33,715 nt of DNA from the NCBI RefSeq assembly GCF_001194135.2, contig NC_068987.1, forward strand, positions 64,315,829 through 64,349,543, read 5' to 3'. Below are positions 12,100 through 23,683 of the stretch, one piece after another. The number at the start of each line of letters is the position of its first letter. Position 1 is the stretch's first letter. Source of the DNA: Octopus bimaculoides. Taxonomy: Eukaryota. The notes below the pieces were generated by a model. It saw nothing but the letters and a program-made list of their open reading frames with translations. It was not told the DNA's origin and did no database searches. The position numbers and the translations under genes are program-made.

Positions 12100-12153
<54 letters not shown>

Positions 12154-12510
12154 TATGTACTTTTTACATTAGTAGACAGACAGACAAACAGACAAAGAGA
12201 TAGATAGATAGATAGATACATAGATAGATAGATAGATCCGTACGAATGAGGGACAGCTTTTCTTTCATACATGTTTCATTTAATACACAACTGTCTTATT
12301 TTTAAGTTTGCATTTTTTTCTTGTTAGTTTTCTTTTACATTTAGTTTGGAAGTACAAAATTCCTACACTCATGTTCGAAACTACTTAACCTTTACAATTT
12401 CATTTTCACTATTTCAAAATATATGCGTTTATCGTCTCTATACCTCTTACACACTGGTTGAATTCATGAAGATTTTCTTGCCAGTTCGAAGTTTCCAGAC
12501 CTTCACAATC

Positions 12511-12551
<41 letters not shown>

Positions 12552-12659
12552 GTGTGTGTGTCAAAATAATCGACAGAATATCAAGTACTGATGCAGTACG
12601 ACCGTTTAAAGCGGCTCCATTTAATTGAATTTTAACAAGTAATACACGTTAATGTGGAA

Positions 12660-13245
12660 GACATTTTTCCAGTTTGAGAAAAACCAAAGCATGTTCAGTT
12701 GGAGGGGATGCTTGAGTTTCTTCAAAAACTTCGTAACGCGGTCTTTCCTCTTGTCCTAGATAGCTTGGGACAAAAATTGGCTTCTCTCATCTTGTCTGAG
12801 GAATACCGAATGTCTTCCTGCACTACCTGCTTGATAAGAAACTCAGACACTCCCATGTCTCTGGCGATGAACCTGATTGACTTGGAGGGATCGTTGACAA
12901 TCATGGCCTGGATCTCACCAAGAAATTCAAGAATTCTTTTCTTATCAGAATGATCAGAGTGGGTTTTCCGAGTTGTCGTACCTTCGTAATCAACATTAAA
13001 CACATCCAACTCTTTCCGAATCCTCTGCACTGTCCTCAGATTGACACCCAAACACTCTGAAATGTTCGTATTGGAGCTTCCGGCGAGAATGCCAAGCAGT
13101 ATAGCATATCGTTTCTAAATTTCTGATAGAGTGAATTGCGTGATGGTGTTGTTTTTATTACCGACAGTGACCAACTGACCCTACTATGCTGTATATTCGA
13201 CAAAATCAAAAACAAACAATGCGCATGCGCCAAATTAAATATATA
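12660..13245 (-). mobile_element. Tc1/mariner-superfamily transposon, 5' part with decayed transposase (probably DD37D/maT-like)
   Basis: NISECLGVNLRTVQRIRKELD..DPSKSIRFIARDMGVSEFLI double HTH, then LKHPLQLNMLWFFSN (FSDEK-type first catalytic motif, decayed); near-identical copy at 19424-19905. Confidence 0.85.
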
Positions 13246-13329
13246 TAATGGCGACAATTTACTCATCTCCCCGTGTATACATACACACACAAAAAAACAC
13301 ATACACATACACACACACACACTGAGTGT

Positions 13330-14330
13330 AAAAAAATAAGAACATATTCATTGAATAATAGTAGATTCAGTTTTTATTTATGATACACTTCATTTTCAAA
13401 ATTTAATAGAATCTACAAAGAGAATATAATTATTCTATGGGTGCTTGCCTTAAAACTGATGATCGTTTTGGTGCAGTCACTCAAAGCTTGAATCTATGGA
13501 ATCGCAAACATCAAGAAACATTTCTTTCGATATATGTGTACATTCTTGTTCAATGTCTGCCTTTATTTCGTCCACTGTTGCCGGTCTTTAACTGTAAACA
13601 TTATGTTCTAAGTTTCTCCCCAAATAATGTCCAGTGATGTGAGGTTCAGTAAACATGGATGGCATTGTACTGAAGATCTTCATCGAATCCACCCTTTGAC
13701 AAAATCTTATCAAGGTACGCCTTTTCATTAATATGGTAGTGTGGGCATGCTCCATCTTGCGGACACAGAACGCCACATCCTCAAAATCCTCTTGACAACT
13801 TGGCATGGCCGATTATCACAGCAATTTCAAATAAACGAGAGCAGTTATTGTACTGTCAGAAAAAAAAAGGATGGTTCAGGTAATCCCTTTGAGAAATAAG
13901 CCACTTCATACTGTAACTCCTAGCAAATTCCCAGGTCATCCTGGAAGTTCAACTGAGGCGGTGAATTAAGTTATTTTATTTAAATATAGCCTCATTACTC
14001 CGAACATTTCATATTGGAAAGTTTGCATCTTCTGTACATCGTGCCATGTATCACTAGCAAAATTCCACCCTTCGGTCCGGAATATCTTCCTTGGAATATA
14101 AGTTTAATAATCAGAGCTCTTCAAAATCCGATGGACGCTTCATCTCGAAATTCCTATCACATGGCTCACTCACGCACACATTTTATCCATGGTCTCTAAC
14201 AATACGTTTCTACTACCCTTTCCTGCTATGTGGGGTAGGTCATTGTCTTGCGGTCTTCCAGAACGTTTCTTGTGAACATTCTGGACACCTTTACCGGCTT
14301 CAAACTTATCTCTAATTCGAGTGACAATAA
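13330..14330 (-). mobile_element. Decayed DD41D-type (rosa/Visitor-like) Tc1/mariner transposon
   Basis: RIRDKFE..KRSGRP; SNEAIFK (SDEAxF); LNLPG..VTV; QDGACPHYH..AYLD..WIR..LNLTSLD with 41 codons between the Asp residues after one frameshift correction; RPATVDEIKADIEQECTHISKEM. Confidence 0.85.
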
Positions 14331-14444
14331 GTCTGTTATTTGTATGTGGCGAAGTATGTATGAGTATGATTGCGTATATGTGTGTGCGTATATGTGTGTA
14401 TGTGTGTGAGTGTTTGTGTGTGTGTATGTGTGTCTTTGTGTTTG

Positions 14445-14648
14445 TGTTTGTCCCCCACCATCTCTTGAGAACCGGTATTGGTTTGTTTATACCCCCTTGA
14501 CCTAGTGATTCGGCAAACGAAACTGATTGAATAAGTACCAGGCTTTAAAATAATAAGTACTGAATTCGATTCGTTCGACTAAAATCCTTCAAGGAGATGC
14601 TCCAGCATGGTCGCAATCCAACGAATGAAACATGTAAAGGATAAAAGA
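14445..14648 (+). mobile_element. 3' half of SINE family B, preceded by (TG)n
   Basis: Matches 2810-3000. Confidence 0.85.
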
Positions 14649-15099
14649 TATGGAGTTGGAGAAGGTCAGAGAGCATTCCAGGACTCATCAAAGGGAAAAG
14701 ATCCCCTAAACGCTTCAGTTCAATACATCATTGATTTAGATGTTCAACTCATAATTATAGGCTAGTAATAGGGCCTAAATGAGCACGTGCTGCATTTCCT
14801 GCTAAATATGTCCCTCACAAACAAGCCAATCACATTCGATCTAATACAGAATGATGTGTGTTCATTTGCTCTTCTGGAAAAAGTAGTTCAAATCCTTCGA
14901 AAATAATTTACTGTCTTAAAAAAAGAAGACCCCATACTTGTCAGTGTTATCCGTGATTTAAAAGAACACAGGATGATCAGGGTCGAACGCCCTTGAGTAT
15001 TCTTCGACTTGATCTGAACTGAGAAAGACTAAACAACATCAACAACACTGATTCACAGACATGCTATGGGGACTCATTCTGCAGGAAATACTTTTATGT

Positions 15100-15450
15100 T
15101 TGATCTCTCACTTGTTTCAGTCTTTAGACTGCGGCCATGCTGGGGTATTACCTTGAAAATTTTACTAATCCACCCCACTGGTCCTTTTCTTTTTAAACCA
15201 GGTACTTATTTTATCGGCTTGTTGCCGAACTGCTAAGTTATGATGACGTAAACACACTAACAACGCTTGTCAAGCGGTAGTGAGGAGACAAACATAGACC
15301 TAAAGACACCCACAGAGAGGTATATGTATAAATATATACCATGGGCTTCTTCCTGTTTCCGTCCACCAAGTCTATTCCCAATGCTTTGGTTGGGCCCGAG
15401 GGTATAGTAGAAGACACTTGTGCAAAGTGCCGCACAGAGGGACTGAATCC

Positions 15451-15452
<2 letters not shown>
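15100..15452 (-). mobile_element. Near full-length SINE family B
   Basis: Reverse complement of about 2665-2995. Confidence 0.88.
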
Positions 15453-15481
<29 letters not shown>

Positions 15482-15513
15482 AAATAAATAAATAAATAAA
15501 TGAATAAATAAAT

Positions 15514-16046
15514 GTCCTGATGCAGTACCAGGCAGTATCCTCATGGCTTTTGATCTTAACTGATTGGAAGAGTTATGTACATTGCTTTGTCTTAGTATAA
15601 AAGATGGATTACAGCAAATATTCTACTCAATATCACGGATTTGCTTGTCAGTTGCTTGACCTTAACCAGTTGAACATCTCCCTTAGTGGCTAATGATATG
15701 TTCATCTCTGATCATGAGCAGTAGTGGAGGAACATCATAGCCATGTATTGAGAGGAATTCTTTGGAGTTTGAATAATTCACCTCAGGAAACATAGGTGTT
15801 TTGCTCAACATCCTTAAACAAACCTTATTCAGGGACCTTTTGAGCGGGATGGGCTACTCAACCTGAGAAAATTCTAACTGGGTCCAACATGCAAGGTCAT
15901 ACGCTGTTTATCTTGATATGAGATCACCATGTCACGCACATATGGTTGTGATGCATGTGCCTGGTGTACCCTTATCAAACGGGTGGTCATAATGGGTATA
16001 ATGGGCTTCGTATATTTAACCCCAGTGTCATTTTGATGACACACTC
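15514..16046 (+). mobile_element. About 550-bp element, copy 2, followed by (AAT)n 16053-16160
   Basis: Colinear with copy 3 from GTCCTGATGCAGTACC to ACACTC. Confidence 0.92.
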
Positions 16047-16051
16047 GATTA

Positions 16052-16161
<110 letters not shown>

Positions 16162-16180
16162 CCCTGATGCAGGGCAATAT

Positions 16181-16745
16181 GCCCTGATGCAGTACCAGCA
16201 GTAGCTCTCATGGCTTCTGATCTTAATCTATTGGAAGTGTTATCATGTACATTGCTTTGTCTTGGTATAAAAGATGGGCTACAGCAAATATTCTGCTCAA
16301 TACCACAGATTTACTTGTCAGTTGTTTGACCTTAACCAGTTGAGCATGTCCCTTGGTGGCTGACGATATGTGCATCTCTGATCATGAGCAGAAGTAGTGG
16401 GGGAGCATTATAGCCATGTGTTGAGAGGAATTCTTTGGGATTTGAATAATTCACCTTTGGAAACATGGGTGCTTTGCTCAACACCCTTAAACAAACCTTA
16501 TTCAGGGTCCTTTTGAGCAGGATGGGCTACTCGACCTGAAGAAAATTCTAACTGGGCCCACCTGTGAGGTCATGCGCTGTTTATCTTGATATGAGATCAC
16601 CATGTCACGCACATATGGTTGTGATGCATGTGCCTGGTGTACCCTTATCAGACGGGTAGTCATGATGGGTATAATGAGCTTCATATATTTTACCCCAGTG
16701 TCACTTTGATAGCATGCTTTGCTCTCTCACTCAATAATAATAATG
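16181..16745 (+). mobile_element. About 550-bp element, copy 3, tandem with copy 2
   Basis: GCCCTGATGCAGTACC..GCTCTCTCACTC then (AAT)n. Confidence 0.92.
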
Positions 16746-16871
16746 AAAAAAGCACAATCAGCTTTTGTCTACTGCTGGCAACTATTTTGTTAGATAACTG
16801 GTCGGAAGATGATCTGAAACAGGGTCAGCTACGTACTTCAGATTTTACTTGATAAATCTAGTGTTTATCAG

Positions 16872-16948
16872 ATGACGAGTTGCTTCCTCTGAAGGGAAGC
16901 AAGGCTAGATGGTGTGAAGTAGCCACTTCCTTCGTACCATCTTCACAG
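16872..16948 (+). CDS. Candidate 77-nt exon (xDELLPLKGSKARWCEVATSFVPSSQ)
   Basis: TTTATCAG acceptor, CAG/GTAGAC donor; frame opens only just before the acceptor. Product unrecognised. Confidence 0.3.
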
Positions 16949-17017
16949 GTAGACCTTGAAAGTCTTTCTTAAATAAAATATATGTATGTACGTTGTATGT
17001 ATGTCCATATATATATA

Positions 17018-17050
<33 letters not shown>

Positions 17051-17127
17051 NNNNNNNNNNNNNNNNNNNNCACACATATATACACATATACCCCTAAACA
17101 CAAACATATATGTGTGTGTGTGTGTGT

Positions 17128-17167
<40 letters not shown>

Positions 17168-17649
17168 TGTTATATATGAGTGCGGGTGCGAATGTGTGAG
17201 GTTAAACATGAGTACTTATATATAAATAATATTATACATACACATAGATATGTGTGCAAGTGTTTCACAGTATCCTGAACTGTCAACATAGTATCTGATC
17301 AAAGTAGAACGAGGTCTTGGTGGAGATACTAAGCGTTCCCCTTGATAAGATCTTGTTAAACATTCGCGCCATTTCCAACCATTTTAATGTCTTGATAATT
17401 GGCTAAATAAATATGCGTAAGTCATTCATACATCTACCCACGCACATATGTTTGTAGTCTTCGCCATGCAATACATTATAAATGTAAACGCTTTTATATG
17501 ATATTGCCAAGGATTTGCATATGTGTGTGCGTATACGTACGAAAGTGATTGCAGCGTTAAGTTTGAAAGAATCCAAGTATTTTTATAATTAAAATATCGA
17601 TAATTTTGAAAAGATAAAGAATAAGGTTGTTCTGTGTTGATGCCATGTC

Positions 17650-17997
17650 AAAGAAATGTGTTACAAAAGTGGAATGAGTTATTTAGTTGATGTTTTTTCC
17701 AACGGTTGTAACGGATGCTCTCACGGACGAGTGCACGTCCTGCCCTTTCCGCTATTCTTGTAGCTTTATATGAATCCACTGGTGTCATTATATTCAAGCC
17801 AGGTGGTATCAGCTTTGAGTCTCTACATCTACACAGGAAAGTTAGATGGTTTGAAAGACGAGCTGGTTTTTGATGGAGTTTCTCTATAAGTCTCCGTTGA
17901 AGTCTAATGTCGGCTCCGTACCGATTAGATAATACAGTTCTATATTTAAGAGATGAGGTATTATTTACATTTGACGGATATTTGCCCTCTCTCCATA
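17650..17997 (-). mobile_element. Penelope-like element pseudo-LTR end plus ORF N-terminus
   Basis: Open frame RYGADIRLQRRLIEKLHQKPARLSNHLTFLCRCRDSKLIPPGLNIMTPVDSYKATRIAERAGRALVRESIRYNRW resembles the N-terminal region of PLE ORFs (from recall). Confidence 0.75.
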
Positions 17998-18004
17998 ATT
18001 GTCC

Positions 18005-18518
18005 ACAGGCATATGGCGTAGTGTTTAAGAGCGCGGGCTACTAATCCCAAGATTCCGAGTTTGATTCCAGGCTGTGAACTAAATAATAATAATAATAATA
18101 ANNNNNNNNNNNNNNNNNNNNNNNNNNNNNNNNNNNNNNNNNNNNNNNNNNNNNNNNNNNNNNNNNNNNNNNNNNNNNNNNNNNNNNNNNNNNNNNNNNN
18201 NNNNNNNNNNNNNNNNNNNNNNNNNNNNNNNNNNNNNNNNNNNNNNNNNNNNNNNNNNNNNNNNNNNNNNNNNNNNNNNNNNNNNNNNNNNNNNNNNNNN
18301 NNNNNNNNNNNNNNNNNNNNTGGGTACTGCACACATTCTACGCAAAACACTTTCAATACAGTAAACATAAGAGCACCACAGCAAACCACAGCACATACCC
18401 AAGGCACACAGAGCTGCGCTCGGTAGTGAAGTGAAAGCACGTTATAAAAATAAAACTACTGAACAATAATAATAATAATAATAATAGTAACAATAATAAT
18501 AATAATAATAATAATAAT

Positions 18519-18588
<70 letters not shown>

Positions 18589-18715
18589 TTGAAAAATACC
18601 TTAGGAATGAGAACTCAGGTTCGAAATTTCCCCAAGACACCTAATGAAGGCTGGGGGGGTATATCAGCCAAAAAGAAACAAGATGAGGACAAATATCAGT
18701 CGAATGTAAATAAAG
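18005..18715 (+). mobile_element. tRNA-headed, (AAT)n-containing segment with hammerhead-like motif, inverted relative to the adjacent PLE fragment
   Basis: A box TGGCGTAGTG 18014, B box GTTTGATTCC 18059, (AAT)n arrays, CTAATGA-A-GGCTG/CAGCC at 18641-18669; 18683-18712 is an inverted repeat of about 17963-17990. Confidence 0.7.
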
Positions 18716-19081
18716 TATTATTATTATTATTATTATTATTATATCTGCCTGGGGTTGAACTAGTAGTAACATGGAACAGACACTTTGATGTAGCGATTAA
18801 CTTTACTTGTTGGTATAGCTACTAGTTTGATCTCTTCTTGAGATTTTACAACTAGCTATATTGCTTCTTGCAAATCAGTGACCGATGGTCGCTTTGCTTA
18901 CAATATATTTCTGGCTGGAGCGGATCCTGGCTATCGCTCCAGCGACCAGGCGCTCGCGACTGAGGATCAGCCAACCAGATCAAAACTGAGTCACTCTCGT
19001 GATCCTTGTGTCTTTTTTTTTTTTTTGTAAATTCTCACCATATAATAAGCAAAACATTCAAACACTGAGATTTAAAATCAG

Positions 19082-19122
<41 letters not shown>

Positions 19123-19423
19123 NNNNNNNNNNNNNNNNNNNNNNNNNNNNNNNNNNNNNNNNNNNNNNNNNNNNNNNNNNNNNNNNNNNNNNNNNNNNNN
19201 NNNNNNNNNNNNNNNNNNNNNNNNNNNNNNNNNNNNNNNNNNNNNNNNNNNNNNNNNNNNNNNNNNNNNNNNNNNNNNNNNNNNNNNNNNNNNNNNNNNN
19301 NNNNNNNNNNNNNNNNNNNNNNNNNNNNNNNNNNNNNNNNNNNNNNNNNNNNNNNNNNNNNNNNNNNNNNNNNNNNNNNNNNNNNNNNNNNNNNNNNNNG
19401 ATAGGTAAACTGTCAGGATTTTA

Positions 19424-19905
19424 TACATTTAATTTCGCGTTTGCGCATTGTTTGGTCTTGATTTTGTCGAGTACACAGTATAGTAGGGTCAGTTGGGCAT
19501 AGTCTGTGACGAAAACAGTACCATGACGCAATTCACGTTGCCAGAAATTTGGAAATGACATGCTGTACTGTTTGGAATTCACCCCGGAAATTCCAATACG
19601 AACATTTCAGAGTGTTTGGGTGTCAATCTGAGGACAGTGCAGAAGATTCGAAAAAAGTTGGACGAGTGCAATGTCGATTACGAAGTCTTGAATTTGTTGG
19701 TGTGATCCAGGTCATGATTGACAATGATTTCTCGAAGTCAATCAGGCCCATCGCCAGGGACATGGGAGTGTCTGAGTTTCTTATCAGACAGATAGGGCAT
19801 GGAAATATTCAGTAATCCTCATACAAGATAAGAAAAGACAATTTTTATCCCCAGCCATCTAGGACAAGAGGAAAGACCGAGCTACGAAGCTTTTGAAGAA
19901 ACTCT
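19424..19905 (+). mobile_element. Second copy of the maT-like transposon, internally deleted and 3'-truncated
   Basis: ATG 19523: MTQFTLPEIWK*HAVLFGIHPGNSNTNISECLGVNLRTVQKIRKKLD; about 50 bp missing relative to the 12660-13245 copy. Confidence 0.85.
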
Positions 19906-20088
19906 TAGACGACAGTTTATTCACCACACTCTCTCTCTCTCTCCCTCTCTCTCCTATCTCTCTCTATATATACATGTATATATATGTGTGTGTATGTATG
20001 TATATGTACACACACACACACATAAACACACATAGTCATACATATACATAATAAATGTGTATGCGCGCGTGTGTGTGTAAACAAAAAC

Positions 20089-20200
<112 letters not shown>

Positions 20201-21058
20201 TGCTATTATTATTATCTGCTTTCACTCTTCCTATCTTAAGGGTGTTTCCTTCTGCAATGCCACGATACATAAAATTACACATACAGTAAATAAGCGCTCA
20301 TTTCCATCACTAGGTCAGCAGGATGAAAACCAAAATGAACTTACGAAAATATATTAAAAGAAATAAAACTCCAAAGAACTTGATAGCAATACTACAATAT
20401 CTGTTAGTATAAAAATAGCCATACCAAATCTATTAGTCTATAAAAATGGTAAAGAAGAAAAAATTGAAATTGCCATTTGTCGAAAAATAAACAGAAACTT
20501 AATTAGATTGAACTAAATTTGGTGAGAGAATGTTTTCGAAGGAATAATAGCTGTGTTGGACAACAATAACAGAGAACTGTAGGCTATATAATGGCTGTAA
20601 CAAAAAGAATAACTACAGCGTTTTAAAATACAATAATAGCTGAAACAACAATAGAGAAGTATAGAAAATACAACAATAATGAACTGCTACGTGGATGCTT
20701 GACCTGCTAGAAATAGAAACCTAATCCCCTTAACATAAAAAAGATAAATAAACAAGTACGTTTGCATATTGAAACAAGTTACACATTGTATGAGCCCGCT
20801 TTCTGCCTGTCTCACAAAAACAATGAAAGATTTATGGAAAAACCGTCTTCATCGTTAGCATCCAGTTACATATCAGAGTCTTGCATTATACACCTTGCGG
20901 GAAGTTTAATGATGTACTCATGTGTGTATGTGTGTGTGTCTGTATGTGTGCGTGTGCGCGGGTGCACGCGTATACAAAAGAATGTGTAAAATATAATATT
21001 TTACGCGCACACACACACATACACACACATAAGTACATGATATTTATATATATATATA

Positions 21059-21107
21059 ACGGTGATGTCCCAGCATGACCACAGCTTTGAAACAGAAACT
21101 AGTAAAA
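21059..21107 (+). mobile_element. SINE family B 3'-terminal fragment
   Basis: GGTGATGTCCCAGCATGACCACAG..GAAACTAGTAAAA resembles 2945-2990. Confidence 0.6.
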
Positions 21108-21109
21108 AT

Positions 21110-21151
<42 letters not shown>

Positions 21152-21179
21152 NNNNNNNNNNNNNNNNNNNNNNNNNNNN

Positions 21180-21218
<39 letters not shown>

Positions 21219-21889
21219 AAGGGACTCAAAAGCAGGTTGCTCTGATAATCCTTAAAAATCACTTCGGAGCTTTGACCGTGTGTGTGCGCGCGCTCGTGGG
21301 CAGAGAAAGAAAATCTAACTAAAAAAAATAATAGGAGGGCTTTTTGTATATTGTAACCTTCATTGTACGAAAGACTGGATGCTTGCAACTGGAAAAGCTG
21401 ATGGTTATTTTGCTCTATCAGTCAGTTTAAGATTCATAAAAATACTTAAAGCAACAACAATATTAGGCAAAGAAAGAAATTTTAATTGTTGCTATTGGCT
21501 TATCTTTACATGCTCAGAAGTATAACAACAACAACAACAACAACAACGGCTACAGCCAGATCCAGTATTGCTGTGTAAACCACTCCTGCAACCAACAATA
21601 TTGTCCGCAAATGAGTGAGCAGAAACTCAACAGCAATCAAAAAATATATTGACGTAACAATAACAAGAGCACTCAGAGAGCGCAAACCTCCGCCAAGGCA
21701 ACACCAACGTCCTTATTTCTTTAATTAGGCACAAAGCCTCAATAGAGAAAGGACAACACGAAAAACAGACAAAACAATACATTGGGGTACATAGAAACAC
21801 ATATCGAATGAATTATGAATATAATGAAAATGAGAATGGAATGACTTACCTCCCCCCCCCTCATAAGCAGATAGTTCCATTTTACTGTT

Positions 21890-23683
21890 TTTAAATGAAC
21901 AGTTCAATATTAGTCTTGTATCTGTTGGTTTCCTTTTTTAAAATTCATAAAGTCATTATTTATAACATATACTTTATTAACCCTTCGAAGGCCACCACCG
22001 GCGACAATTCGTCTTAACCAATTGGTATTCCTGTCATCTCTATTCTTTCACCAAACAACTCCTTCAATTTCTCTCCTCTTTCTTTTTCCAACAAAACAGC
22101 TTTCAAACCTTCGTTATCCTCTTTGGTCGCTAATTTCACTCTTATAACGTTCTTCATCTTCACAATCTTTTTCTCTATCTCTACACTTTTTGGGTATTAC
22201 ACTATTGTTCTCAAGTTTTTCCTTCTGGGTGTCACTCTTCTTCTCTCCTCACCAATCCCCTCCTCTGCCGCTTGCATTTCTATCTCTGTCTGTCTCTCAT
22301 TCTGTGTTGCTATCATCTCTCTTTCATTTTCCTTTCTCTTCTATATTCTTTCCTCCTTGCTAGTTCATGGTCTCTGCCTTCGTTCCTCACTTACTTTTGT
22401 CGTCTTATCATTTTTTCTCTTCTCATTTGTATTCTCTTGTTTTTCACTCTGTTTCTTATTTCTTTACTGCCCACAAGGGGCCAAATATAGAGGGGATAAA
22501 CAAGGATAGACAAACGGATTAAATTGATTATATCGACCTCAGTGCGTAACTGGTATTTCTTTAATCGACCCCGAAAGGATGAAAAGCAAAGTTGACCTTG
22601 ACGGAACTTGAACTCAGAACGTAGCGGCAGACGAAATACTGCTAAGCATTTCGCCTGGCGTGCTAACGTTTCTGCCAGCTCACCACTTTGTTTTTCACTC
22701 TGTTTCTCATCTCCACTTGCCTTTCTTTTCTTCCTCATACTTTTGGGTGGTGAATCTGTATTACTCTTCTTCTTTTTTACCACTGTATATTGCTCTTCCA
22801 TTTTCTCCCCCTCTACGGTTGCACCCTCTTCTTCCCGATATTCCTTCTCTGTATCCTCCTCTTCGTGTTACTTGGGACACTTAGCTTTCGTGTGTCCCCT
22901 TAGTCCACATTGAAAGCATACAGGCGGTCTTCCTTCCACCACAATTCTTAACCTTGTTTCGTCTGGCAGTTCTTCCGCAATCTTGTGGAGGTCTGGCAAG
23001 CTTATATGGACCGATACCTCTAGTCCATACCCCCAGCAGTTCACCTCCGTAAGTCCCCGATATTTTCAATATTTCAGTGTCCTCCTCTGTATTCAAGAGG
23101 ATGGCTGCCACCAGCCACGTCTTATCAATTTCTGGGTGTACTCTACCTATTCTTACTCTCGCCGCACATTTGCCACTGTAAGTCGGTAGCAGTGCCCACT
23201 CCGCTGATCTCAAAGGCACAGTGGAATATTTCCTCACTTCTTCTTCACTCACGAACCGTACCTCCCCTGTGCCGTATTTCCTTCCTCTGGTGTAATACGT
23301 CGTTACATTCTTAATCTCTGTCAGCCACTCCTCGACCGCCTCCACCGTTATTATTTCCACCTTTTTCTTTGCAATATTCACGAAGTGACTTGCAAATGTC
23401 AAAACAAGAGAACAGGGTGAAACATGACGTCAAGTTTTTAAGGTAACGAACGGGTGGAAATCATGTAGTTTCAATTTTCTGTCACTTTCTTGGGATGCGT
23501 CAAACTCAGGCTGTCTCCCTCCTTTCTCAATAAATCAATATATTTCTTGAAGTTTTTCTCCTGCAATTTAATTTCTCTAACTTGCAGTACCTCTGCTGAC
23601 AGGCTTTTACCAGTCACCGCAGCATAACTACCCGCTTGCACTGGTGTACCTTCCATAACAAAATTGTTCACAACTTCCCCCAT
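21890..23683 (-). pseudogene. Decayed L1/Tx1-like ORF1 (gag-like) with CCHC zinc knuckle and E/K-rich C-terminus
   Basis: MEGTPVQAGSYAAV.. start; RIVVEGRPPV-CFQCGLRGHTKAKC (22918-22877, C-x2-C-x4-H-x4-C); frameshifts near 23510 and 22990, in-frame stops, SINE insertion. The C-terminal boundary is approximate. Confidence 0.8.
22457..22691 (-). mobile_element. Young SINE family A copy with 16-bp TSD, inserted in ORF1
   Basis: TTTTCACTCTGTTTCT at 22441-22456 and 22692-22707; head nearly identical to copy 1814-2038. Confidence 0.93.

Noticed and set aside
14860-15050. Possible further SINE family remnant (also 20690-20740)
   Set aside because: Similarity is too weak within the window to support a call.
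18005-18075. Possible tRNA gene
   Set aside because: B box is mutated, acceptor stem does not close and it runs into (AAT)n; treated as a SINE-like head. The same applies to 28780-28854.
18914-18980. HDV-like ribozyme
   Set aside because: Only 16 nt lie between the P1 strands, too few for P2, P3 and L3.
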